A stretch of 64,000 nt of DNA. Origin: Spirochaetia bacterium (GTDB taxonomy: Bacteria > Spirochaetota > Spirochaetia > WTKD01 > G963693115). Both the position numbers and the translations under genes were made by a program. The stretch covers positions 984,178 to 1,048,177 of the forward strand of contig OZ244590.1 in the NCBI GenBank assembly GCA_965218205.1, read 5' to 3'. Positions 28,709-39,500 of this stretch are shown here, piece by piece. The notes below the pieces were generated by a model that saw nothing but the letters and a program-made list of their open reading frames with translations, was not told where the DNA came from and did not search any database. The number at the start of each line of letters is the position of its first letter. The first letter of the stretch is position 1.

Positions 28709-31700
28709 ATGGATGAAAGAATAAGTAGCATGAAAAAAATCGGGGGGGGGGGGGGGGTACACTCTCGATATAAGCAAAACATAACTCTCGTTGCACTGTT
28801 TTTAGTGCTAGCAATAGTTACCCTCGTACTCGTAGGATGTTCGGAGGGCAGTAGCAGTTCCTCATCAGGGGGAGGAGGAACTTCACCAGTAACCCCGACC
28901 CTTGCATCACTGTCCAATGTGCAGATACAGCCAGCAGGCAATGACGGGACGCTCTCGTTACGTTGGCAAGCCCCAAGCGATGCCACGCATGTAGTAGTAA
29001 ACGCTACCTCTACTGCACCAGCACAAGTCATACAAGTGCGTGTTCCTGCAATAGAATATCGTGCATTGTTTCAACAAGGACAATCGTATAAACTCAAAGG
29101 CTTGCAAGCCCTCACCAATTACACTGTAGAGATAGAAGCCCAGAAAAACACGGAAGTATCACCAAAAACAACCCGCTCTGTGACAACACTAATAGATACT
29201 ACTACCCCACAGGACACATTGACACAGGTAGGACTGGAGAAGTCGGGGGATGGCATAAAGATAACATGGGACAAAGAGCGACTAGCAGTAGGCAAGACAG
29301 ACATAGCAGAAGCAACAATAGTGGTAAAAAGCACGACTGGTGCTACAGTGCTTGCACAAGCTACCGTGCAGAACCTACAACAAGGGGAAGTTACGCTTCC
29401 AAACATCTCCACGCTTGCAGGCATATCCTATGATATAGAAATACGCTACAAAGACAGAAATGACAACACAAGCAGTCCTGCAACAGTACTAGCAGGCGTG
29501 CAAGCATCAGCACTCTCACAAACAGTAGCAGCACTACCAGAGGCAGAACTTACAGTAACAGCAAACGATAAAGACAATAGCCCAGCCGATGAAAGCCTGC
29601 TTATTAAGTGGGGGAGCTTTGCCTTTGGAACAGGCAACACAGCAAAAAGCCTCTTAGTACGAGTAACAGCAACTGCAACACAGACAGTAGTAGCAGAGGA
29701 GACAATAAACAAAGATACCAGTGCAACCAATGTCAGCGGAGCAACCGCACAAAACAAAGAATACGCCACTGTGTATGTAGCAAAAGATGGCATAGCACTC
29801 ACAAAACTCTACGGCACACTTACATACAAAGTAGAAATCTATGTCTCTCAAAACGGAAAATACTCCACTGCAGTGTCAAAAGAACAAGCAACAACCGACA
29901 AAACAACAAAGCCCGCGACCAATGTAAGTGCCGTAGGAGGAGCAACAAGCATAGTAGTAAGCTGGCAAGCACCCAATGTACGAGACTATGCAGGAGTGAC
30001 TATAACAGCAACAGAGAAAGATAGCGATAAAGTAGCAAAGACAGTAACAATAACAGACAGAGCAGTACGCAACACACAGATACCAGGCCTCAAAGCCACC
30101 ACCGAGTATACAGTGGCAGTAGTATCGATGGACTATGCAGGCAACAAAGGAACAGAAGCAACAGCCACAGTAGATACAGTAACAGATAGCACCGTTCCCG
30201 ATCCAGTAACAAACATACAAGCAAGCTATCCCTTCGTATCAGCAACAAAAGTAGGTGCACAGATAACATGGACAGCACCCGATGCAACAAAAGCCAAGAA
30301 CAAAGACATAAAAGAATACAGCATAAGCATACAAGAGAAAGGCATAGACACCACAGTACTGAACGAGAAAAAAATACCCTATCCCACAACATCGCTCTCT
30401 GTCGAAGCACTCAGTCAAGGCAAAACATACACAGTAACAATACAAGCAATAGACTATGCAGAAAACAAAAGTAGCCAAGAAACACAAGACATAACAACAC
30501 CCACCCCACTCACAGCACCCTCAGCAGAACTCTTTCAAAGCAAGCCCGCCCTCGTTACAACAGGAGCAATACAAATAAAAGCAACCTTTAGGCAAGCACC
30601 TGGATTAAATAAGTACTACACCCTGCGTATGTACGACAGCACTACACTGGTAGCAGAAAAAAGCATAACAGGAATAGCTACCACCATTAGCTTTGGCATA
30701 GCAGATGGCATAGAAGTATCAGCAACACAAGCAACTGCAAAACAATATAGCTTTACGTTTCTCACAGTAGAAAATAACAGAGTAAGCCCCCCAACAACAC
30801 TCACAGACAAAGTAGCAGTATACGATGTAATATCCACTGTCCCGCCCGCACCAGAAAGTCTCACTCTGCTTATTGCAGAATCAACAGCAACAAGCGATAC
30901 CGTACAGTACGAGTTTCAAGCAGGAACAATTACCGACAACCATAAAGCACCCAATGACAGCAAACTCAAACCAGCAAACATACAGTACAAAGTATACATA
31001 GTAGCAGGAGACCAGAGTACTAAAAGCATAGCAGAAATAAAAGCAATAACAGGAGTACAAACACAAAGTATAGCAGGAAGTAGCACTTTACGAGGAACAT
31101 TTATAGGAACAAAAGGAGCAGTATACACCATAGGCATAGAAGCAATAAACAGCCTGAACCCCTCTACCACAAAGAAAGCACAAAGCAAAGACCCCGCACT
31201 GATACAAACACTAGAACTGAGCACCATCCCCAGATCAAAAGCAACAGCCCCCTCTACCTCGTCCTTAGCAAACAAGCTGGTAGTATCACAATCAACAAAC
31301 ACAACAGGAACAATAAAGCTAGTACTCACACAATTAAGCACAATAACAGGAGCAAAAAACAAAGACGGCACAACAGTAACCAGCAATGATGAGCTAGTAT
31401 ACACCGTGTATGGCTTACAGAAAGACACAACCCCAACAGTAGCAGAAGTACAAAGAGGCAGAAAAGTAACTATAGGCACAGCAAGGAACGGAGTGTACAC
31501 AGTACCAGCGCTTAGCAGTATAGGCGTGACATCCCCAACAGTAGCAATAAAAGGAGCAACAAAGTATCACTTTGTAGTAGAAGTAGCCATAAAAACAGAC
31601 CCAAGCAAAAAAGCAGTATCGACAGTGGCAACAGTAACAACCGCATCACAAGCGACAGATCCCGCAGAAGTAAGCAACATACAAGTAAAAGGAGTAGAAG

Positions 31701-33367
31701 GAAGGAATGCAAAGCTATCGTGGACAGCCCCCAGCCTTACTGCAAGCCATAAAACAGACACAGGAGATACCCTAGCAGTAGCACAAGTATCGTACAAAGT
31801 ATACAAAGTAGCAAAAAGTGGCAGTACACAAAGGACAATAGCAGAGATAATAATAGCAGCAGGAGGAAGCCCCACAACAACAGCAGCAGGAACAACCAAC
31901 AGCACTCTGACAGGATTGACAGTAGGCACCACTTACGAAATAGTAGTACAAGCAGTAAACAGCACCGATCCCAACAAAGAATCAAGAGGAGTCCGCAAGG
32001 AGTTTATCGCAAAAGAAGCCTATGGAGCACCAGGAAAGCCCACCATACAAGCAAATGCACAAGGAGCTACCATAGTACTTACCATAACAGCCCCAACCGT
32101 AAAAGGAACAGCAGAAGACGGAACAACTACTCTCAGAGATAATCAAATAGATTACAAAGTATACTATATAGCCTCAAATACAAACATAAATGGAGCAACA
32201 GTAAAAACACAGGCACAAGCAGCAAGCGATGCACAAGTAGGAGCAGAAAAAGACGATGTGCCAACAGGAGCAACAAGCTATACAATACGCAACCTACGAT
32301 TGAATACAAAGTACTATATCACCGCAGTAGCAGTAAACAGCCTCAAAAAGACAAAGGTATCAGCAGAAGCAACAGCAGTCTCTGCCAGCACCCCAACAGT
32401 AGTGATAGGAAACACTACAAAGGTTTCAGCAACAGTAGGCACAGCACTCGCACAAAATACAACGAGAGTACTTACCAGCATTAGTCCTAGTGGACTATCA
32501 TTTACCTGTGATGAAAGCACAGTAGATAACGATAACAGCACCCTCAAACAAGAAACAGGCCTAACAGTAACATTTGCAAAAAATACCAATACAGTAACGA
32601 TAACAGGCACAGCAAATAAATCAAATATACATGATACTGCTATAACTGAGTATAACTATGGAGTAGTGGAATGTACCATTACCTCTGCGGGAGCAAACTC
32701 GGGACAAAAGGTACTTGCGACTATCAATGTAGAGACAGGGCTGGTGAAACTCCCAAGCGAAGTAGCGAGCTATTACAGACCAACAACAAAGACAGCACTG
32801 CAAGCTATTATCACTGCAGAAAAAACAAGACAAGGTTCAGGAGGAAACAATAACCCTAGCCCCAACCTCAACATGATAGATACGAGTGCTATTACTGATA
32901 TAAGTCAATTATTTTATCAAGATAAGACTTTTAACGGAGACATAACACAGTGGAATACCAGCAATATAGAGAATATGTTCCGTATGTTTGGGAAAGCAAA
33001 GGCTTTTAATCAAGATATAGGAGCTTGGGATACAAGTAAAGTTACTAGTATGGGTAGTATGTTTGTTGATGCAAGTGCTTTTAATCAAAACATAGGAAAC
33101 TGGAATTTGAGTAATGTAAAGGATGCGAGTGTTATGTTTTTTCGAGCAAGTGCTTTTAATCAAGACATAGGAAATTGGAATATTGGGAGTAGTTTGATTA
33201 GTGCTGGTGCTATGTTTGAGGATGCCACTAAATTTGATCAAGATTTATCATCATGGAAATTGTGTAAACTTCAAATTCAAGCAAGAAGTATGTTTAATGG
33301 TTCAGCTATGGCTGGCAAAACAGCACAGTACCCAAAGGTTAAAGGCGATGCAGCGTGTTCATCATAG
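28709..33367 (+). CDS. Giant surface lipoprotein: multiple Fn3/Ig-like repeats plus C-terminal DUF285/TIGR02167 26-residue repeats
   Basis: AAGGAG RBS 6 nt before ATG 28709 (track ORF starts 28703); signal peptide with lipobox 'LVLVGC'; about 8 tandem ~95-aa modules each with a 'W.AP' Fn3-like motif; C-terminus has 5 repeats of 'AFNQDIGNWNxSxVxxMxxMF'. Confidence 0.8.
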   Translation: MDERISSMKKIGGGGGVHSRYKQNITLVALFLVLAIVTLVLVGCSEGSSSSSSGGGGTSPVTPTLASLSNVQIQPAGNDGTLSLRWQAPSDATHVVVNATSTAPAQVIQVRVPAIEYRALFQQGQSYKLKGLQALTNYTVEIEAQKNTEVSPKTTRSVTTLIDTTTPQDTLTQVGLEKSGDGIKITWDKERLAVGKTDIAEATIVVKSTTGATVLAQATVQNLQQGEVTLPNISTLAGISYDIEIRYKDRNDNTSSPATVLAGVQASALSQTVAALPEAELTVTANDKDNSPADESLLIKWGSFAFGTGNTAKSLLVRVTATATQTVVAEETINKDTSATNVSGATAQNKEYATVYVAKDGIALTKLYGTLTYKVEIYVSQNGKYSTAVSKEQATTDKTTKPATNVSAVGGATSIVVSWQAPNVRDYAGVTITATEKDSDKVAKTVTITDRAVRNTQIPGLKATTEYTVAVVSMDYAGNKGTEATATVDTVTDSTVPDPVTNIQASYPFVSATKVGAQITWTAPDATKAKNKDIKEYSISIQEKGIDTTVLNEKKIPYPTTSLSVEALSQGKTYTVTIQAIDYAENKSSQETQDITTPTPLTAPSAELFQSKPALVTTGAIQIKATFRQAPGLNKYYTLRMYDSTTLVAEKSITGIATTISFGIADGIEVSATQATAKQYSFTFLTVENNRVSPPTTLTDKVAVYDVISTVPPAPESLTLLIAESTATSDTVQYEFQAGTITDNHKAPNDSKLKPANIQYKVYIVAGDQSTKSIAEIKAITGVQTQSIAGSSTLRGTFIGTKGAVYTIGIEAINSLNPSTTKKAQSKDPALIQTLELSTIPRSKATAPSTSSLANKLVVSQSTNTTGTIKLVLTQLSTITGAKNKDGTTVTSNDELVYTVYGLQKDTTPTVAEVQRGRKVTIGTARNGVYTVPALSSIGVTSPTVAIKGATKYHFVVEVAIKTDPSKKAVSTVATVTTASQATDPAEVSNIQVKGVEGRNAKLSWTAPSLTASHKTDTGDTLAVAQVSYKVYKVAKSGSTQRTIAEIIIAAGGSPTTTAAGTTNSTLTGLTVGTTYEIVVQAVNSTDPNKESRGVRKEFIAKEAYGAPGKPTIQANAQGATIVLTITAPTVKGTAEDGTTTLRDNQIDYKVYYIASNTNINGATVKTQAQAASDAQVGAEKDDVPTGATSYTIRNLRLNTKYYITAVAVNSLKKTKVSAEATAVSASTPTVVIGNTTKVSATVGTALAQNTTRVLTSISPSGLSFTCDESTVDNDNSTLKQETGLTVTFAKNTNTVTITGTANKSNIHDTAITEYNYGVVECTITSAGANSGQKVLATINVETGLVKLPSEVASYYRPTTKTALQAIITAEKTRQGSGGNNNPSPNLNMIDTSAITDISQLFYQDKTFNGDITQWNTSNIENMFRMFGKAKAFNQDIGAWDTSKVTSMGSMFVDASAFNQNIGNWNLSNVKDASVMFFRASAFNQDIGNWNIGSSLISAGAMFEDATKFDQDLSSWKLCKLQIQARSMFNGSAMAGKTAQYPKVKGDAACSS
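28742..28757 (+). repeat. G16 homopolymeric tract inside codons 5-10 of the giant lipoprotein gene, next to an A7 run
   Basis: Sixteen consecutive G encode GGGGG; a tract this long is hypermutable by slipped-strand mispairing. Confidence 0.9.
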
Positions 33368-33581
33368 AGCATACCTATGGCAAGAAGGTATAGGTATGTC
33401 ATATATAGCATACTATGTAATATAAAGAGCAATAGAGACAGGAGGATGAGTGGAGCATTCTATTGGATGCTCTACTCAGTACTTGTACTTTTCTAAAAAT
33501 TCCCAAAAAAACTTGTCTCACTCTATGAAACAACATGATATACTACAAGTACAAAATGTATCAATGGTAGTGTTTACTGTT

Positions 33582-34421
33582 TTAGTTAGGACTCTCTTTA
33601 GAAGTACAACTATTCTTCCATGTAGGTGGTGTATATTTGTTTCTGCTAGTCTTAAAGGCATCTTTACAATATATAACTTTGTCTACATTCCATTTAGATA
33701 AGTTTTTATTAAATGGAGAAGTACTTACAAAAGTATCAGTCATGTCAGTTACTTTATTTACATTCCATTTACTAATATCGTCATTAAATTTAGTGGATGC
33801 TCCAAATAAAGATTTCATATTTGTTATATTGCTAGTGTCCCAACCTGAGATAATTCCATTAAAATTTCCATAAATATTATTTTTGTTGTCTGATGATAAA
33901 ACATTTTTCAAGGATGTCATTTTACCAATATCAATATGGAGTAAATTAGGAGTATTATTATCAATAGTACTATCATCATTAGTATCCATTATATTCTTTA
34001 TGTACTTATCTAATTCTTCAGGTGTGCTAAAGGATCTTGTATACTGTAATTTCAACTTAAACTGTCCTTTTTGTTCATTGCCTTTTCGTATAAGGTAAAT
34101 AACAAAATCTTTAGTCAAGTCATTAAAATTGCTATCTCTATTGTTATCTGGCGTACCTGATAATTGCACTCCATTATCTACTTTCTTAAGTGAAAGTCCA
34201 CTAGGCAAAGGTTTATCTGTAGTATATGTATCTGACTTATTATATCCATCAAAAGTCATTGTAGATATACTGCTAATAGTCTCATTTATAGAAAGTGTAA
34301 ATTCTGGTAATTTTGATAAAATTGACCCTGAGCTTGATGTTGTGTCACTTTCACAACTTACCAATAAAATACTTGTAACACTAATTACAAGAGTAAAAAA
34401 TAATAATTTTGTTAGTTTCAT
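33582..34421 (-). CDS. DUF285/TIGR02167-repeat lipoprotein
   Basis: Lipobox 'ILLVSC'; the C-terminal half has 'WDTSNITNMKSLFGASTKFNDDISKWNVNKVTDMTDTF' repeats homologous to the neighbouring giant protein. Confidence 0.7.
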   Translation of the reverse strand: MKLTKLLFFTLVISVTSILLVSCESDTTSSSGSILSKLPEFTLSINETISSISTMTFDGYNKSDTYTTDKPLPSGLSLKKVDNGVQLSGTPDNNRDSNFNDLTKDFVIYLIRKGNEQKGQFKLKLQYTRSFSTPEELDKYIKNIMDTNDDSTIDNNTPNLLHIDIGKMTSLKNVLSSDNKNNIYGNFNGIISGWDTSNITNMKSLFGASTKFNDDISKWNVNKVTDMTDTFVSTSPFNKNLSKWNVDKVIYCKDAFKTSRNKYTPPTWKNSCTSKESPN

Positions 34422-34570
34422 TTTGAAACCTCCTTGTTTAATTTTTTAGTAGTATAGTTACTATAATATTTTTTTGTATCTGTGTTGATGATAAAAGTAT
34501 TTACTAATTTCTTTAATTGATAGAGCAAATTGATGTAGTCTAATTTTATTACACAGCTTAGTCTCTTAAA

Positions 34571-35125
34571 TTATATAGCAGTGTCTGTTGCCTCTACATC
34601 ATATCCTTCTTCGTAGGCAAAATTTTCTAAAGATATCTTTTCTTCTTCTGTAATTATTTCATTTATAAGATATTCATTAATTACTTCTTGTGCATACTTT
34701 TGTTTCTCATATGCTGTTTTAGGATTTTTATTTCTTACCTTTTTTATCAAATCATCTTTATGATGTTCTATGATTTTATCTGCATTAATTTCTTTTGCCA
34801 CATTATTACCTTTCTCAGACAAGGATATTGGGCTGTTGCTTTGAACAAAAGATGCTACTTTTATTTCTTTTGAACCCAAAATAGTCCCTATTGCTTCTAG
34901 TATTTTCCATGGAATATCTCCTATTTTATTATTGAGAGATTTTATGTCATTATTAAGAGATTTCATATCATTTTTTATTTCAGTAATATTTTTTTCATTA
35001 TTAGCTATTTTTTCCTTATATTTCCCAGTCATTATAAAATAAGAAATTACTGGGACCAGTACACCGATGCTACTTATAATAATTGTTATAATAAATTTTA
35101 CAGTTTCACTCATAATAAAACACAA
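34571..35125 (-). CDS. Hypothetical N-terminally anchored coiled-coil protein
   Basis: 184 aa; TM at residues 8-30 followed by Asn/Lys-rich repeats ('KSLNNDIKSLNNKI'); AT-rich. Confidence 0.35.
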   Translation of the reverse strand: MCFIMSETVKFIITIIISSIGVLVPVISYFIMTGKYKEKIANNEKNITEIKNDMKSLNNDIKSLNNKIGDIPWKILEAIGTILGSKEIKVASFVQSNSPISLSEKGNNVAKEINADKIIEHHKDDLIKKVRNKNPKTAYEKQKYAQEVINEYLINEIITEEEKISLENFAYEEGYDVEATDTAI

Positions 35126-35197
35126 TAATCTTACTTAATTATAACATATGTATTAGATATATATATCAACATAACAGGCACTTTTAAAGTATACAAT

Positions 35198-35226
35198 TTG
35201 ACATGTATATACTGCTACTCTATACT
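35198..35226 (+). promoter_or_regulatory. Candidate sigma70 promoter for carAB
   Basis: TTGACA, a 17-nt spacer, then TATACT, about 118 nt upstream of the carA ATG. Confidence 0.45.
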
Positions 35227-35343
35227 TACTATAGAGACTTACTTAAAAGGTTGCCAATTATTACTTTGAGGCTTATGTTATACTCTCATCCCTTAGTAAT
35301 GTAATTGTGGTGATAGGATAAATAGAAAAGAAGGTATGTATTC

Positions 35344-36525
35344 ATGCAAAGAGAAGCTATATTATTACTTGACGATACCATGTTTTTTCGTGGAATTTCT
35401 TTTGCATATCCTGCATATACATTGGAAAAGCTTGAAGAAAATATAAAAAAACAAAATTTTCATGGAATAGGAGAACTCATATTTACTACATCTATGTCTG
35501 GATATGTAGAGTATATGACTGATCCTTCGTATACAGGACAAATTATTTGTTCTACCTATCCACTTGTAGGAAATTATGGGGTAGAGGATGAATGGTCAGA
35601 ATCGAGTAATACAGTACATTCCAACTATATTTCTCTTTCTGCACTTGTTGTACATGAACTATATAGAGGCCCAGTGATAAATAATAGAAAAACGCTTGAA
35701 GCATGGATGTTAGAACAGTCTGTTCCTGGATTAGAAAAAGTAGATACAAGAGGGCTTACAAAATATATACGAGACAAAGGTGCAAAAAATGCAGCAATAG
35801 TATCTTTAGATCCTAACAATGCGGGCGAAATACAAAGAGCTGCTCAGTTGTTATCTCAATTACCTCCTATGGAAGGACGAAATTTAGTTTCTTCTCTTGC
35901 TACTCAATGGCAAGAATATAGTCCACATGGAGAAGAAATATGCACAGTAATAGTATATAATTGTGGAACAAAGAACAATATTATACATCTTTTGAGAGAA
36001 AAAAATTGTAAGGTTATCGTTGCTCCAAATAATGCCAGCTCTGAAGAAATACTTGCAAGAAATCCCGATATGGTATTAATATCAAATGGTCCTGGTGATC
36101 CTGCTGTGTTGAATGAACAAATAAAGGTTATTTGCAATCTTCATGAAAAAACAGTGCTGTGCGGTATTTGTTTAGGAAATCAATTATTAGGACTATCCCT
36201 TGGTGCAAAAACATATAAAATGGTGTTTGGGCATCATGGGGTAAATCATCCAGTACAAGATATGCTAAGTTCGAAATTATATATAACCAGTCAAAATCAT
36301 GGCTTTGCACTTGATGAGAAAAGTTTACCACAAGGATCGGATATATGGTTTAGAAATATAAACGATAACAGCGTGGAAGGTTTTTTTAATCAGCAAAAAA
36401 AAGTATACAGTGTTCAATTTCATCCTGAAGCATGTCCAGGACCAACAGACGCAAGTTGGATATTTGATTTTTTTATTCAAAAAGCAATACTACTTAAAAC
36501 GCAAAAACATAAAAATGAAATATAG
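35344..36525 (+). CDS. carA: Carbamoyl-phosphate synthase small (glutamine amidotransferase) subunit
   Basis: 393 aa; the class-I GATase triad region 'CGICLGNQLL' and the CarA N-domain. Confidence 0.9.
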   Translation: MQREAILLLDDTMFFRGISFAYPAYTLEKLEENIKKQNFHGIGELIFTTSMSGYVEYMTDPSYTGQIICSTYPLVGNYGVEDEWSESSNTVHSNYISLSALVVHELYRGPVINNRKTLEAWMLEQSVPGLEKVDTRGLTKYIRDKGAKNAAIVSLDPNNAGEIQRAAQLLSQLPPMEGRNLVSSLATQWQEYSPHGEEICTVIVYNCGTKNNIIHLLREKNCKVIVAPNNASSEEILARNPDMVLISNGPGDPAVLNEQIKVICNLHEKTVLCGICLGNQLLGLSLGAKTYKMVFGHHGVNHPVQDMLSSKLYITSQNHGFALDEKSLPQGSDIWFRNINDNSVEGFFNQQKKVYSVQFHPEACPGPTDASWIFDFFIQKAILLKTQKHKNEI

Positions 36526-36560
36526 AATTTTATTTTTGTAATAGGATGGAAAAATAATAT

Positions 36561-39500
36561 ATGCCTAAAAGAGAAGATTTAGAGAAAATACTTATTATTG
36601 GTTCTGGTCCTATTATTATTGGACAAGCATGTGAATTTGATTATTCGGGAAATCAAGCAGTACGAGCATTAAAAGAAGAAGGCTATACTGTTGTTCTTCA
36701 TAATCCTAATCCTGCCACTATTATGACAACACCAGGAAATGCACATATAGTGTATTTTGATCCTTTAGAACCTGAATATCTTATAGATATATTAAAAAAA
36801 GAAAAACCTGATGCTATTCTTCCTACTATGGGGGGACAAAATGCCCTTAACCTTATTATGTCTTTTGAAGAAGGACAGCTTGAAAATGATTATAATGTTG
36901 AGTTGATAGGGGCAGGGCTAAAAAGTATCTCTCTTGCTGAGGATAGAGGCTTATTTAAGAATCTTATGACTACTATAGGATTACAAAGCCCTGTTTCGGC
37001 ACTTGTAAAGTATGAAAGAGAAGCTCTAAAAGTAATTGATAAGGTAGGCTTTCCTGTTATTATCCGTCCTAGTTTTACATTAGGGGGACAAGGGGGGAGT
37101 ATTGCTTATCATCAGAAAGAGTTTTCAGAGAAACTTGAAAAAGCCTTGCGTCGTTCGCCTGTAGGTACTGCATTAGTGGAAGAATCTCTTCTTGGCTATC
37201 AGGAGTTTGAGTTTGAAGTGATGCGAGATAAAGAAGACAACGCTCTTGTTGTATGTGCTATTGAGAATATCGATCCTATGGGGGTACACACTGGTGATAG
37301 TATTACTGTTGCACCTGTACAGACATTGTCTGATGCTGAGTATCAGGTATTGCGAAGTGCTTCTATTGATATTCTTCGTGCAGTTGGGGTGGAATGTGGA
37401 GGATCAAATGTACAGTTTGCGTACAATCAAGCTACAAAACGACTATTAGTCATTGAAATGAATCCGAGAGTATCGCGTTCTTCTGCTTTAGCAAGCAAAG
37501 TTACGGGGTTTCCTATTGCGTGGTCTGCCGCTAAACTTGCGGTAGGGTATACCTTGAATGAGATAACAAATGAAATTACTAAAAATTCCACTTCATTTTT
37601 TGAGCCTGCCCTTGATTATTGTGCTGTAAAGATTCCTCGTTTTGAGTTACAAAAATTTCCCATACATGAATTAAATACGCAAATGCGTTCTATAGGAGAA
37701 AGCCTTAGTTTTGGTGCTAATTTTTGTGAAGCATTGAATAAAGCAATAAGAGCAATAGAAATAGGCTATGATGGTATAGAAGAGGAGTCTCTGTCTCATG
37801 AAGAGTTACAAGAAAAATTGCAGACATTGTATCCAAAGCGTATTTTTGCCATCTATACCAAATTGTTACGAGATGGAGAAGAATGTATTCAAAGTGTAAG
37901 TGAGCTTACTGGGTATCATCCTTGGGTATTGTATCAGCTGTTAAGGATATCGAATGTAGAAAAAAAATTAAAAGAATTGTCAAAAGATATACAGAGTGGT
38001 AATGTTTCGCAAGTATGTATAGATACAATACGCACAGCGAAATACATGGGGTTTCTTAATGAGAAAATTGCCACATTACTTGGAGTAGAAATAGAACGCA
38101 TCGAAGAAATGTTGCGTGCTTATTCTATAAAAAAAGTATATCGTTGTGTGGATACATGTGCAGCTGAATTTAAGGCGAGTACTCCTTACTATTATGGAAG
38201 CTATATTGGAAGCACAGAGTATGTTCCTGATAGTGATAAAAATATAGTGATACTTGGTAGTGGTCCTAATAGAATTGGGCAAGGCTTAGAGTTTGATGCT
38301 TGTTGTACTTTAGCTGCTTTTGCGTTTCAGAGACGAGGTGTTTCGGTAACTATTATAAATAGTAATCCTGAGACAGTCTCTACAGATTATAATGTATCTA
38401 ATAGTTTGTTTTTTGAGCCTCTTTCTGCTGAAGATGTATACGATGTGTTACAAGAGAAAAACACAAAAGATATGGTAGTACAGTTGGGAGGGCAAACTCC
38501 TATTACTATTATCAAAAAATTACAGTCAAAGGGTATTGAGCCTATTGGTACGAGTATTGATTCTATAGATATTGTTGAAAGCAGAAAACGCTTTCTTGAC
38601 TTATTGTATGAAATACAAAAGGATGTTGATATAGATGTTATCCCAGGTGCTATAGTACATACTATTACAGAGGTAGCAGGTACTGCAGATACTATTGGGT
38701 TTCCTGTTCTTATTCGTCCCTCCTATGTTTTAGGAGGGCAATCTATGGTAGTTGTATATTCTCAAGAAGAACTACAACGATATATTTCTGATAATAGTAC
38801 TCATTTACAAGACAATGATTTGCTTGTTGATAAATACTTAGAGAATGCAATAGAGTATGATGTGGACATTGTTAGTGATAGTGAATCTGTGTACATTGCA
38901 GGAATACTACGACATGTTGAACATGCTGGAGTGCATTCTGGCGATTCTGCATGTGTCTTTGAGCCGAAGGTATTGCAAGATGAGATAGCTCATAAAATCT
39001 ATGCTGCAAGTATTGCAATAGTCAAAAAACTATCAATTAAGGGATTATTGAACATTCAATTTGCTAGTGTAGGTGATACGCTATATGTGTTGGAGGCTAA
39101 CCCACGTTCTTCACGTACTGTTCCTTTTATTTCAAAAACATCAGGAGTAGATATTGTTGATATGGCAGTTGCAATATGGACAGGAGAGAAATTGGATGAA
39201 CAACCAGTATTTAAGGAACGAGTAATGGAAGGCTACGAAAATCTTGCGGTTGGATATAGTGTAGAAGGGTATGCTATAAAAGAATCAGTCTTTAGTTTTG
39301 ATAGATTTGATAATATTGATCCTGCATTAGGTCCTGAGATGAGATCCACAGGAGAAGCAATAGGATTGGGGGATAGTTTTGGAGAAGCCTTTGCAAAGGC
39401 AAGTATGGTAGCTTCTACTCACTTGCCACGAACAGGTACTGTGTGTATGTCTATTGCAGGAAAGTACAAATATAGTGTATTGGAACAAGCACGGCAATGT

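Noticed and set aside
28900-32850. Dozens of 60-190-aa ORFs on both strands inside the giant lipoprotein gene (e.g. 29119-29424, 29876-30220, 30916-31500, 31567-31932)
   Set aside because: The coding strand is strongly A/C-rich and poor in stop codons in all frames. These ORFs are Cys/Leu-rich nonsense with no starts in sensible context, so they are compositional artefacts of the real 4.6-kb gene.
33451-33470. Inverted repeat gagcat-N8-atgctc between the two convergent DUF285 lipoprotein genes
   Set aside because: A 6-bp stem without a U-tract; expected by chance in 200 bp of AT-rich DNA.
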